A stretch of 64,000 nt of DNA from a bacterium (lineage in GTDB: Bacteria; JAHJDO01), in the NCBI GenBank assembly GCA_043824255.1, contig JBDRTG010000034.1:1631-65630 (forward strand), written 5' to 3'. Position numbers and translations under genes: made by a program. Under the pieces are notes generated by a model. It saw only the letters and a list, made by a program, of their open reading frames with translations. It searched no databases and was not told the origin of the DNA. Positions 10,512 through 20,073 of the stretch are shown here, in pieces. The first letter of the stretch is position 1; each line of letters opens with the position of its first letter.

Positions 10512-11060
10512 CTATAGTTTTTTGGATCCGTAACCGCTGCCGATGGCAGAAAATGGGAGGTCTAGCTCCAGTTCCGGCACCAGCTTGGCGATCCAGGCGG
10601 TGAAGGTATTGCTGTTTGGACCTGGAAATGCTTTGTATGTTGTTTTCCATGGGTAAGCATGGGCAGCCTTGTCGACGGCATCAATCAGTTCGTTTACTCC
10701 CGTTCCTCTATGCTCTTTGAGAATCCAGGGTTTCTCGCCGTACCAGTAGCGGTCGGGGACGTCCTGGGTAATCCTCAGGACCGGCTGTCCGTGATAACCG
10801 CGCCAACCGACCACGTCATACACCGTGTAAGAGGCTTCGCCGGTCCGCTTGGCTGCGATCCATGTGTGAATGGCAAACCAGCCACGCCAGCCCCAGGCCT
10901 TGGCACCGTAGACATGAAGAACCGCTTCATTTGTCACGGAAGGGTCGGGTGCGATCCCCGCAGGTTCGCGACTGGCGGTGCGCCAGTCTTTACCAGAAGA
11001 ACAGTTCGACAAAATCAATCCCATCAGGACAAAAGCCAACAGTAGTTTCAAGGTTTTCAT
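10512..11060 (-). CDS. Hypothetical lipoprotein (DUF3750-like), compositionally foreign
   Basis: The ORF has a lipobox-type signal MKTLKLLLAFVLMGLILSNC. The start is set at 11060 because the longer 11090 start would overlap the holA stop. A hand count of 10741-10840 gives 61% GC, against 29-34% in the flanks. Confidence 0.7.
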   Translation of the reverse strand: MKTLKLLLAFVLMGLILSNCSSGKDWRTASREPAGIAPDPSVTNEAVLHVYGAKAWGWRGWFAIHTWIAAKRTGEASYTVYDVVGWRGYHGQPVLRITQDVPDRYWYGEKPWILKEHRGTGVNELIDAVDKAAHAYPWKTTYKAFPGPNSNTFTAWIAKLVPELELDLPFSAIGSGYGSKKL

Positions 11061-11071
11061 AAATATATGCT

Positions 11072-12127
11072 TCACGAAATCACCGTGCAAATCTTAGCAA
11101 TAAGCAGCTCTAATGCCAGTTTTTGGGGAACTTTACCTGTTTTTATAGACACCTCTGTTTCAAACAATTTCTTAATATCTGCTATTAGCTCTTCTTTTTG
11201 AAATTTTAGACTTTGTTGGGCTATTCTGAATATTAGATAAGGATGCTGTCCTGAGAGTTTCTTGGAAGCAGAGCTATATGTTTTCTGATCATAATATCCT
11301 TTTTTGACTATATCTAGAGGAATGTCTTCTTTTTCAATAAGTATCTTAATCTGCAATAACAACCTGATTCTTTTTGTCAGCATAGGCACAATACTATAGC
11401 CAGTGTTTTGAGTACGAGAGAATTCCTCAAGAAGTTTTAAGGCTCTTGGAAGGTTTTTCTCCGCAACTGCGTCAGACATAGCAAACGGCGCATGTTCTAT
11501 TGATTCAGGGACAAGTATATTTATATCCTCCTCTGTAATCTTATCTCTGCCATTGCAATAAAGCTCTAATTTGTCGAGTTCATTTATTATTTGCCTGAGA
11601 TTTACTCCGGTGAAAGATATCAGATATTCAAAGGCAATTGGAGAGAGCTGTTTACCGCTCTTCTTTAGTTTTAGCTGTGCAAATTCATATAGTTGGTTTC
11701 TGTCTGATTTTTTGTTTTCCTTGAAAGAGGAAAATTCAATTACTTCTCCAACCTTTTTATCCGCTTGTTCAGCAGTTAAAATTACATAGGTATTAGCAGG
11801 TATGCTATGTTCTATAATTTCATCAAATCCTTCAGAATTTTTCCCGAGTAGATTTTCACAATCTTTAATCCATACAACCAGTTTAAGCCCAAGCAAAGAA
11901 GGAGTTTTTATTGCAGACATAATGCTCTTTATATCTGTGTCGTTGGCATGTATTATCTCCAGTCCGAACTCTTTTTTATCCCCAGGTAAGACTATATTGA
12001 TAATCTTCTTAGCAGTGTCCTCTACCAGATAACTCTCTCCGCCAAAAATTAAGAATAGATTAGGCGTATCTCCGTTTTTTATTTTTTTGATCAGATTTGA
12101 TTGTTTACTTAGTCTATTTTCTAACAT
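11072..12127 (-). CDS. holA: DNA polymerase III subunit delta
   Basis: About 351 aa. N-terminal LFLIFGGESYLVEDTAKKI and the overall helical C-domain pattern are typical of HolA. The start at 12127 (MLENR) has an AGAAAGG SD; the 12160 start has none. Confidence 0.75.
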   Translation of the reverse strand: MLENRLSKQSNLIKKIKNGDTPNLFLIFGGESYLVEDTAKKIINIVLPGDKKEFGLEIIHANDTDIKSIMSAIKTPSLLGLKLVVWIKDCENLLGKNSEGFDEIIEHSIPANTYVILTAEQADKKVGEVIEFSSFKENKKSDRNQLYEFAQLKLKKSGKQLSPIAFEYLISFTGVNLRQIINELDKLELYCNGRDKITEEDINILVPESIEHAPFAMSDAVAEKNLPRALKLLEEFSRTQNTGYSIVPMLTKRIRLLLQIKILIEKEDIPLDIVKKGYYDQKTYSSASKKLSGQHPYLIFRIAQQSLKFQKEELIADIKKLFETEVSIKTGKVPQKLALELLIAKICTVIS

Positions 12128-13052
12128 TTTCAACCTTTCTGGTATATGAAAAAATTTCATACATCACGTGACAGGCAAGATGATGCTCTTTACCTATCTG
12201 CTTTAACTCAGGAACTTGACTTTTACACCTATTATTTTTGGCAATTTTGCATCTTGGATAAAAACTGCATCCTGAAGAGGGCAATGAAAAACTGGAGGTT
12301 TCCTCTGCGGGTACCCCACGAAGCAAAGTATTTGTATAAGGATGTAGCGGGTTTTTGAATATTTCATTGCACGGACCTTGTTCTACTATTTTACCAAGAT
12401 ACATTACGCACACACGATGGCTTATGTACTTGATTATGTTTAAGTCATGTGAAATAAAGAGCATAGAAATGCTGAAGTCAGACTGTAGTTGACTCAGCAG
12501 ATTTAGTATTTGTGCCTGTATTGAGACATCCAGAGATGAAGTTGGCTCGTCAGCGATTACAAGCTCAGAGTTTACCGCTAAGGCTCTGGCTATGCCGACA
12601 CGCTGTTTCTGTCCTCCGCTTAGTTGATGTGGATATTTATCTAATATTTTTATGTCTAATCCAACCATTTCTAATAGTCTTTTGATTTCTGGTAATATAT
12701 TCTTTTTACTTAATGATCTGTTTATTACTAACGGCTCACGAAGTGTTTGGTTTATGTTCATTCTAGGATTTAGAGAGTTTACAGGATCCTGAAATATCAA
12801 TTGCGGGTTAACGCTTTTATCCCCAAAATAATCTATCGTTCCTTTATCAGGCGGAATAAGGCCTGTTATCAGCTTGCCAACAGTGCTTTTACCACACCCG
12901 CTTTCTCCAACAAGTCCAAGTATTTCTCCTCGCTCAATATGTAGACTCACACCATCAACAGCTTTTACTGTATATGAATGCTTAGCCCAAATACTTGTTT
13001 TCCGCGAGAAATGTTTTTCCACATTCTTTATAACTAAAATTTCTTGTTTCAT
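12114..13052 (-). CDS. ABC transporter ATP-binding protein, oligopeptide/dipeptide OppF/DppF-like
   Basis: Walker A GESGCGKST, signature LSGGQKQRV, Walker B LVIADEPTSSLD, plus the C-terminal oligopeptide-ATPase extension with a Cys-rich tail. Confidence 0.85.
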   Translation of the reverse strand: MKQEILVIKNVEKHFSRKTSIWAKHSYTVKAVDGVSLHIERGEILGLVGESGCGKSTVGKLITGLIPPDKGTIDYFGDKSVNPQLIFQDPVNSLNPRMNINQTLREPLVINRSLSKKNILPEIKRLLEMVGLDIKILDKYPHQLSGGQKQRVGIARALAVNSELVIADEPTSSLDVSIQAQILNLLSQLQSDFSISMLFISHDLNIIKYISHRVCVMYLGKIVEQGPCNEIFKNPLHPYTNTLLRGVPAEETSSFSLPSSGCSFYPRCKIAKNNRCKSQVPELKQIGKEHHLACHVMYEIFSYTRKVENVRK

Positions 13053-13054
13053 TT

Positions 13055-14014
13055 TTATCTCTTTAAACATCTGACTAGATGCTGTTTTCCTACTTCAAAC
13101 AATCCGGGTTTGACTTTTTTGCATATTCTAGCGGCTTCCCTGCATCTTGGATGAAACCTGCAACCTGTTGGAAATTCTGCCGGATTTGGCACAGAGCCCG
13201 GAATAACTTCCAGTTTGCCTTTTTCTTTTTTTAAGTTTGGCACAGACTTTAGAAGAGCTTCTGTATAAGGATGTAGCGGACCGGCAAAAACTTGTTTTGC
13301 ATCTGCCTCTTCTACAATTTCTCCCCCATACATTACTATAACACGCTGAGCAACTTGAGCCACTATGCTCAAATCATGAGTTATTAATAAAATTGACATA
13401 TTGAGTTTCTTCTGCAGAGTTTTTAGCAGAGAAAGTATTTGTGCCTGAATAGTAACATCCAGAGCAGTTGTCGGTTCGTCTGCAATTAAGAGCTGCGGCT
13501 TTGTAATTAGAGCCATAGCAATCATTACTCTTTGCTGCATGCCTCCACTGAGTTGATGCGGGTATGTGTTAAATATTCTTTGCTGATCCTGGAGCCCAAC
13601 AGTTTTCAAGATATCAATTGTGTCTCTGTATGCCTGAGCCTTTGAAGTAGATTTGTGTGTAAAGATAGCTTCCAGAATTTGATTTCCAATAGTAAGAGTT
13701 GGATTAAGGCATGATAGAGGTTCTTGAAATATCATGGATATATTATTCCCTCTTATTTTTCTCAATTGCTTATTCCCTAATTTCAGAAGATCTGTATCAT
13801 TGAAATTTATCTTTCCTCCTACAATCTTTCCTGGGGGAGAGATGAGCTTTAGTATTGAGAGAGCAGCTGTACTCTTGCCGCATCCACTCTCACCAACAAT
13901 CGCTATAATCTCTTTGGGCCGAATAGAAAAGCTTACATCATCAACAGCTTTAAGTACTTGTTCTTCCAGATAAAAATAGGTCTTTAGATTTTGAATATCC
14001 AATAAGTTTTTCAT
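13055..14014 (-). CDS. ABC transporter ATP-binding protein, OppD/DppD-like
   Basis: Walker A GESGCGKST, signature LSGGMQQRV, Walker B LLIADEPTTALD, plus a C-terminal CRFHPRC motif. Confidence 0.85.
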   Translation of the reverse strand: MKNLLDIQNLKTYFYLEEQVLKAVDDVSFSIRPKEIIAIVGESGCGKSTAALSILKLISPPGKIVGGKINFNDTDLLKLGNKQLRKIRGNNISMIFQEPLSCLNPTLTIGNQILEAIFTHKSTSKAQAYRDTIDILKTVGLQDQQRIFNTYPHQLSGGMQQRVMIAMALITKPQLLIADEPTTALDVTIQAQILSLLKTLQKKLNMSILLITHDLSIVAQVAQRVIVMYGGEIVEEADAKQVFAGPLHPYTEALLKSVPNLKKEKGKLEVIPGSVPNPAEFPTGCRFHPRCREAARICKKVKPGLFEVGKQHLVRCLKR

Positions 14015-14021
14015 TATAAAC

Positions 14022-14882
14022 TTAATCCTTAGAGCGAAGCGTCTTAATCCTGGTTTTTATAATAGTAACTACTTCCTTTATACTCTCAGGTGATGTTGAT
14101 GCTCCAGCGCTTATTCCAATCTTCTCCTTGTCCTTCAGCCATATAAAGTTTATATCCTGAGCTGTTTCTATGTGATAGGTTTTTACACCTGTTTCTTTGC
14201 TGACTTCAACTAATCGTTTTGTGTTTGCGCTGTTATAGCCTCCAATCACTATCATTATATCAGAGCGTTTTGCCAGCTTCTTGGCAGCGTTTTGTTTTCT
14301 TATGGTGGTTTCACATATTGTATTGTATATTCTTAACTCATTGGAGTAGGGAAGCACAGCTAAAGATATTTCTCTAAGGTTCCATATACCCTGAGTTGTC
14401 TGCGAAACTATACCGATTTTTTTCTCCATCTCGAGTCTTTTAATATCAATTTCAGCTTTGTTCTCAACAACCTGAAAGTTAGTTCCACAGAAGCCTACGA
14501 TGCCTTTTGTTTCAGCATGATTTTTATCGCCTATAATGACGATATGGTATTTATCTTTCTTTAGCTGTTCAGCATATTTCTGCGCCTTCCTGACTAACGG
14601 ACATGTAGCGTCAATAATTTTCAGACCTTTTTTATAGGCTTTTTTAATCAGTTCTGGTTCAAGCCCATGTGCAGGGATGACTAAAATCCCCTCTTTTATG
14701 ATTGAGATATCTTTAACTATTTTTAGCCCTCTAGCCGTGAGATTCTTTACTACCTGCGGGTTATGAATTATGGGGCCCATGCAGTAAATATTCTTTTCTT
14801 TCTTAAGGGTCTGTTCAACTATTTTAATGGCTCTTTTTACGCCAAAACAGAATCCAGAATGGTTTGCTACTTCAATTTTCAT
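14022..14882 (-). CDS. ispH: 4-hydroxy-3-methylbut-2-enyl diphosphate reductase
   Basis: 286 aa. The three conserved Cys contexts are GFCFGVKRAI, ATCPLV and NTICETT. Confidence 0.9.
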   Translation of the reverse strand: MKIEVANHSGFCFGVKRAIKIVEQTLKKEKNIYCMGPIIHNPQVVKNLTARGLKIVKDISIIKEGILVIPAHGLEPELIKKAYKKGLKIIDATCPLVRKAQKYAEQLKKDKYHIVIIGDKNHAETKGIVGFCGTNFQVVENKAEIDIKRLEMEKKIGIVSQTTQGIWNLREISLAVLPYSNELRIYNTICETTIRKQNAAKKLAKRSDIMIVIGGYNSANTKRLVEVSKETGVKTYHIETAQDINFIWLKDKEKIGISAGASTSPESIKEVVTIIKTRIKTLRSKD

Positions 14883-14954
14883 TTTAATATCTTCTAAATA
14901 AACTGTATTATATCAGAATAAGTTCTAAAGTGTAAAATTTGGAGGGATTAAATT

Positions 14955-15344
14955 ATGAAGCTTGAGGATAATCATAAGTGTTTTGTATGCGGCAAGAAAA
15001 ATCCAGATGGATTAAAGATTGATTTCAAAGTTTTAGATAATAAGATTCAGGCAGAGTTTGTCCCCCGCAGTTCTCTTCAAGGTTATGCAAACATAGTGCA
15101 TGGCGGTATTATAAGCACTCTTCTGGATGAGGCAATGGGGAAGCTGGCTTTTGAACTCGGAATTGATTGTCTTACAGCTGAAATCAATGTGAGATTTAAA
15201 AATCCGGCTTATGTAGGCAGAGAGTATCTTTTAACAGGCGAAATCTTGAAAAAAACCCACAAGATTGTATTTGCAAAAGCAAAAATACAGGATGAGTCAG
15301 ACTTGCTTATTGCTGAAGCAACAGGCAAGCTTATGGTTGTTTAG
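14955..15344 (+). CDS. PaaI-family hotdog-fold thioesterase
   Basis: 129 aa with SD GGAGGG. Contains the motif IVHGGIISTLLDEAMG and an N-terminal CFVCG. Confidence 0.7.
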   Translation: MKLEDNHKCFVCGKKNPDGLKIDFKVLDNKIQAEFVPRSSLQGYANIVHGGIISTLLDEAMGKLAFELGIDCLTAEINVRFKNPAYVGREYLLTGEILKKTHKIVFAKAKIQDESDLLIAEATGKLMVV

Positions 15345-15359
15345 GAATTAGAAAATTTC

Positions 15360-15387
15360 TTGCCATCAATCTAAAATTTTGTATAAT
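15360..15387 (+). promoter_or_regulatory. Sigma70-type promoter for tRNA-CAU
   Basis: TTGCCA (15360-15365), a 16-nt spacer, then TATAAT (15382-15387), preceded directly by TG. It ends 27 nt upstream of the tRNA. Confidence 0.55.
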
Positions 15388-15414
15388 ACACGTTGTTCTG
15401 TTTTAAACTGAACA

Positions 15415-15489
15415 GGGCCCATAGCTCAGCCTGGTTAGAGCACCGGACTCATAATCCGTCGGTCCAAGGTTCAAATCCTTGTGGGCCCA
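15415..15489 (+). tRNA. tRNA with CAU anticodon (elongator Met or lysidine-modified Ile2)
   Basis: Hand-folded cloverleaf:
- acceptor GGGCCCA/TGGGCCC
- D-stem GCTC/GAGC
- anticodon stem-loop CCGGA-CTCATAA-TCCGT
- T-arm CAAGG-TTCAAAT-CCTTG

Position 1 is paired (G1-C72), so it is not an initiator. Confidence 0.85.
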
Positions 15490-15498
15490 CCGCTCGCT

Positions 15499-16020
15499 TT
15501 ATCTAAGCGCAATCGGTTTTCCAAGAATCTCTGACATTACAATTCCCATTCTAGCGTCAGATACTCCAATTGACAGTGTGGATATGACCTCTTCCGACTT
15601 CCAAGAGCCGTTCACTAAAGCAACTTGGGGCTTTTTAAATTCTTCTTCAGGAATTTCTTTAACCTCATCTTCAACAAGTTCAGGTTGAATATACTCCTCT
15701 TCAGGTGCCTGTTCAAACAGCCTATTAATGGATTCCTGAGATTCCTCTTCTTTTACAAGATTGAGTTCCTTGAGAAATCCTCTAACTGCGTCCTGCTCTG
15801 CTTCATAAACAGGCTCTTTGGATGCTTGATGAGTTTCCTGCTCTTTCTCAAACTCAAGTTCCGGAAAGGAGTCAGCAGGTTGAGGAATTTCTTCCTTTCT
15901 TTGAGGACTATAAGATGCTTGACTCTGCTTATTTTTCATCTCAGAGAATTTCTTTGCGATCTTGACAATCCATACGCCAAAGAATATTAAAAAGAATAGT
16001 ATCTTGATTGCTGAGCCCAT
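15499..16020 (-). CDS. Hypothetical membrane-anchored acidic protein
   Basis: 173 aa. It has one N-terminal TM helix (ILFFLIFFGVWIV), then a Glu/Gln-rich low-complexity region. It is the last gene of the NfeD/FloA operon. Confidence 0.5.
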   Translation of the reverse strand: MGSAIKILFFLIFFGVWIVKIAKKFSEMKNKQSQASYSPQRKEEIPQPADSFPELEFEKEQETHQASKEPVYEAEQDAVRGFLKELNLVKEEESQESINRLFEQAPEEEYIQPELVEDEVKEIPEEEFKKPQVALVNGSWKSEEVISTLSIGVSDARMGIVMSEILGKPIALR

Positions 16021-16029
16021 GTTATCACC

Positions 16030-17064
16030 TTATTCTTTTTTGGATTTTGTTTCCTTTGTGCCATCTGCAATTGAATCTCTCATCCCGGTATCTGCCTGAA
16101 TATTCTTCATCTTGTAGTAGTCCATAATACCAAGATTTCCTTTTCTGAAAGCGTCTGCCATTGCCTTTGGAACCTCTGCTTCAGCTTCTATGACCTTTGA
16201 GCGCATATCAACAACTTTTGCTTTCATTTCCTGTTCCAAAGCAACAGCCATAGCACGGCGGCTTTCTGCCTTAGCCTGAGCTATCTGTTTATCTGCCTCA
16301 GCCTGTTTTGCCTGAAGTATTGCGCCAATATTATCTCCTACATCAACATCCGCAATATCAATTGAGAGTATCTCAAACGCAGTTCCTGAATCAAGCCCTC
16401 GTTCCAATACCTTTTTGGATATCATGTCCGGATTCTCAAGCACCCTCTTATATGTTTCTGCTGAGCCGATCGTTGTAACAATTCCTTCTCCAACACGCGC
16501 AATAATAGTCTCTTCAGTTGCTCCTCCAACAAGCTGCTGAATATTAGTTTTAACAGTAACTCTGGCTTTTGCTCTTAGCTGGATTCCATCCATTGCCACT
16601 GCGGCAATAGTTGAAGCGCCTTTAGTTGGATCAGGGCAGTCTATTACCTTTGGCATAACGCTTGTTTGTACAGCTTCAAGTACATTCCTGCCGGCAAGGT
16701 CAATTGCAGTTGCCTTTTTGAAGTCCAGAGCTATTTCCGCCTTATTTGCTGATATTAAAGCCTTGACAACACTTTCCACATGATATGTACCGCTTGCAGG
16801 TTTTCCCATTATTGGCTGACCATCTGAAGCAAGATAGTGCGCTTCAAGCTCATCGGATGATATGTCCAGACCTGCTTTTACAGCCATAATTCTGGTATTC
16901 ACTATGGTGCTGGCCGGAACACCCCTCAGTCTCATAATAACAAGTTTTATCATACTTACCGGCGCGCCTGATACCATTGCTCTTAGCCATAAGCTAAAGA
17001 ATTTGGCAACAGTTATTAAAAACAAACCAGCTACCGCTATGAGTATAAACATTAGCACTTTCAT
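16030..17064 (-). CDS. floA: Flotillin-like protein FloA (UPF0365/SPFH)
   Basis: 344 aa. Long stretches match my recollection of B. subtilis FloA/YqfA ([23 protein letters not shown]...AEADK.IAQAKAE.RRAMAVA.EQEM). Confidence 0.9.
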
Positions 17065-17092
17065 TTCTTTTTCTCCTTTTCGGTTATTGATT

Positions 17093-17560
17093 TTAGATTT
17101 TTCTTACAACAATTTTCTTTCCGCTAATCATCACCACCTTTACTTTTTCATTTTTCTGTACATATCCTCCTTCCGTTACGACATCAAATTTCTTTCCATT
17201 GATTTCAGCCTTTCCCGCAGGTCTCAAGAGGGTCAGAGCAATTCCTTCCTTATCTTTTATATCCTCCAAGCTGTCATGAGAGACGAATCCTTCATTTTTA
17301 CTCTCTTTTTTAGAGAGAATAACATATTGTCCGAACTTTGTCTTTGGCAAAAACTTTAACGCAAGTATTATTGCTATGCCTGCAAAAACCAGTTCCAGAA
17401 TCAAAGCATAAAAGCCTAATGAGGGATAATTTTTAAAGCATAGAAATATACTGCCAAATATTGCCAGACATCCGCCAATGCCAAATATACCTCCAGGCAC
17501 AAAGATTTCAATAAAGATGAATGTTATCCCTGCAATGAATAAAAGAATTATAGTCCACAT
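17093..17560 (-). CDS. NfeD-family membrane protein (short form, C-terminal OB-fold)
   Basis: 155 aa. Three N-terminal TM helices and a C-terminal beta-domain ([31 protein letters not shown]) typical of NfeD. Confidence 0.8.
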
Positions 17561-17634
17561 CTCATTACGCTGCCTCCGTCAGCAATTATTAATTTTAAAT
17601 TCTTAATTTACTATTTTTAATTCAAAATTCATAA

Positions 17635-19008
17635 CTAAAAATTCAAAATTTTGACCAAGATTCTATTACCCTCAATCTTATCAACAATAATTTCAGCACT
17701 CTTTTCAATAAAATCTCCGTCAGTCATTACACTCCATAGTTTATCGTCTATCATGGCCTTTCCTACCGGTCTGAGTTTTGTATGAGCAACCCCTCTCTTT
17801 CCAACCAGAGTATGCATCTCAGCAGATGAAACATTAAATCCGTTTTTCTGTTTTTCTGATGCAGACAGAGCAAGTTGACTCCATAATCCTTTATTTTTGG
17901 GAAGATATTTTAGCAGCAGAGTAAATACTGCTCCTGATGCTAAAATTGCACCACTGATTGTATAAAGAGCATTGTTTAATAAATTAAATTCCCAGGAGAA
18001 TTTGGGTATAGGCTGTTTTACAAGTGCAAGGTATACGCCTGCCAGAATACTAAATATACCGCCTGCTCCGAGAAATCCAAATCCTGGGGTTATAAATAGT
18101 TCAATAAATAACAGAATAACCCCTATAATGAATAAAACTATATCCATAATGTTTGCAAGGCCCACAATATAATGGCCCCAGAAAAACAATGCCAAAAATA
18201 CTACGCTTATAGTTCCGCCAAGTCCCCATCCAGGCGTTTTTATTTCAAATAAAAGCCCAAGGAATCCCAATGTTAGAAGCAATGAGCTTACAACTGGATG
18301 TGTTAGAAATCTGACAATATGTTCTGCCCAGTTAGTTGTAGCTTTTTTAATGTTCAGTTTATCCAGGTTAAACAATTTCAATATCTCATTAATTGACTTT
18401 ACCTCAGCTTTTGCAAGACCTATATTTACAGCTTCAACTCCTGTGAGAGTAAGTAATTTGCCTTTTTCAATTATCTTCTTAACTTCAATGTCCTGATCAA
18501 CCATTGCCTCTGCTAATTTTGTGGAATGATTGTTCTGTTCTGCTGTTGCTCTGAATGCTGAGCGCACAAAAGATATTTCCTTTTCACCTGTTTTTTGTTG
18601 ACTCATACCGGCAAAACCAATTTTAACAGGAGAGGCTGCACCTATCATACTGCCCGGGGCAACAATTATGTGTTTACACGATAGAGCAATAAGCGCACCT
18701 GCGGATATGGCTCTTGGATTCACATATGCTATAGTAAGCATCTTGAGATTTGAGAGAGCGTCTTTTATATCTACTGCTGCATCAACCCGTCCGCCATATG
18801 TTTTAATATCCAGAATTACTGCCTTAGCACCTGCTTTTTCTGCTTCCTGAACTGAACGTTTAACAAAACTCGCAAGTCCCAGATCAATTATTCCATGAAC
18901 AGGGATAACATATACATCTCCGTCTTCAGCATGCAAGAATTGATTATATGGGCATATTAAAGTAAGAAATAGCAATAATAAGATAAAACTTGGTTTAAAT
19001 TTCCTCAT
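17635..19008 (-). CDS. NfeD-like membrane-bound serine protease (ClpP-class N-domain)
   Basis: 457 aa. It has a signal peptide, a ClpP/crotonase-like domain (VILDIKTYGGRVDAA...ISAGALIA), four or five TM helices and a C-terminal NfeD OB domain (LRPVGKAMIDDKLWSVMTDGDFI). Confidence 0.8.
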   Translation of the reverse strand: MRKFKPSFILLLLFLTLICPYNQFLHAEDGDVYVIPVHGIIDLGLASFVKRSVQEAEKAGAKAVILDIKTYGGRVDAAVDIKDALSNLKMLTIAYVNPRAISAGALIALSCKHIIVAPGSMIGAASPVKIGFAGMSQQKTGEKEISFVRSAFRATAEQNNHSTKLAEAMVDQDIEVKKIIEKGKLLTLTGVEAVNIGLAKAEVKSINEILKLFNLDKLNIKKATTNWAEHIVRFLTHPVVSSLLLTLGFLGLLFEIKTPGWGLGGTISVVFLALFFWGHYIVGLANIMDIVLFIIGVILLFIELFITPGFGFLGAGGIFSILAGVYLALVKQPIPKFSWEFNLLNNALYTISGAILASGAVFTLLLKYLPKNKGLWSQLALSASEKQKNGFNVSSAEMHTLVGKRGVAHTKLRPVGKAMIDDKLWSVMTDGDFIEKSAEIIVDKIEGNRILVKILNF

Positions 19009-19015
19009 TCCTATT

Positions 19016-19738
19016 CTATCCTTTAATATCTCTCAGGTTTCTAAACATCAGAACATAAACCGCTGAGGAGGTTATCATTACTAAACCTGCTGGTATTTGT
19101 AAAAGTGGAGTACAAAGTCTATAAGGAAGTTTTAAGCCAAATTTTAATATGGCAAGCAGAATACCAAAGGGGACATATATACATATTCCATATACAATTC
19201 CGCATACAAGCGGTGCGCCAAGCACATACCACCAGTTGCCTTTTACAAGCTGTTTACTCCTTTTTAGAGCGCCGATACTTCCAATTCCTTCAATTATGCG
19301 CACATAACCAGCGAGAGAAAACCAGACAGCAAATATAATTCCAGGGATAATTAATAGTAAAAGTCCTCCAGCTACTGCCATGAATACGAGAGCACTTACC
19401 CACAGATATGGGAAGAATTTCTTAAAACCTGTTTTGTAGGATTCTTTAATATCTGCAGGACTGCCTTCAAGAATATTATTTATTGCAAAAATTAATCCTA
19501 TGGCAGTAATCAGTGAGATGATAATTGTTACGGGGAATGTTAATGCTCTAAAAATAACTGGTAAACATCCCATTCCAGTTGCAACTACCAGATAAAGAGC
19601 AACAATTCCAAGAAGAATTACTATATTATTCTTTATTACTGACCAGCTTATTTTCAGTAGTTCTCCAATTTCCATGAGTTCTTTTGTCTGTGGGATTTCT
19701 TGAGGCTCTGAAGACACAGATGAAGATTCATTGTTCAT
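19016..19738 (-). CDS. Hypothetical polytopic membrane protein
   Basis: 240 aa with about six predicted TM segments. No recognisable catalytic motif. Confidence 0.5.
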   Translation of the reverse strand: MNNESSSVSSEPQEIPQTKELMEIGELLKISWSVIKNNIVILLGIVALYLVVATGMGCLPVIFRALTFPVTIIISLITAIGLIFAINNILEGSPADIKESYKTGFKKFFPYLWVSALVFMAVAGGLLLLIIPGIIFAVWFSLAGYVRIIEGIGSIGALKRSKQLVKGNWWYVLGAPLVCGIVYGICIYVPFGILLAILKFGLKLPYRLCTPLLQIPAGLVMITSSAVYVLMFRNLRDIKG

Positions 19739-19864
19739 AACATTTTCTCCCTTAGTTTAATTTTAAAATTAATTTCACCATTTTTCCACTACATCCCAGA
19801 GTTAAGAATACAGCACAAGAAGCATAACTTGCAATAGATTTCTACTAGATTCTCAACTTATTTT

Positions 19865-20071
19865 TCAGCTTAAAACATCAAGTGCTTTTTGAGCATCTTC
19901 CTCTTTAACTAATAACCGTGTTCCACCAGTGACCAGTGATAAACTAGGGTAAATACCGCCACAATCATCAGTAGAAACAATAGCTTCAATATCGCCGTCT
20001 TCAAGGAAACTCTTTGCAAGCTCAGCTTCTATTCTATTATTATAATTTTTAATACAAATTAAATCTGACAT
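19865..20071 (-). CDS. Small DUF2007-like (putative signal-transducing) protein
   Basis: 68 aa. The pattern N..EAELAKSFLEDGDIEA is reminiscent of DUF2007. Confidence 0.45.
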   Translation of the reverse strand: MSDLICIKNYNNRIEAELAKSFLEDGDIEAIVSTDDCGGIYPSLSLVTGGTRLLVKEEDAQKALDVLS

Positions 20072-20073
20072 TG

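Noticed and set aside
10512-11090. The longer start (ATG 11090) for the GC-rich lipoprotein gene.
   Set aside because: It would overlap the holA stop codon region and add 10 residues in front of a perfect lipoprotein signal peptide. ATG 11060 (MKTLKLLL...) is preferred.
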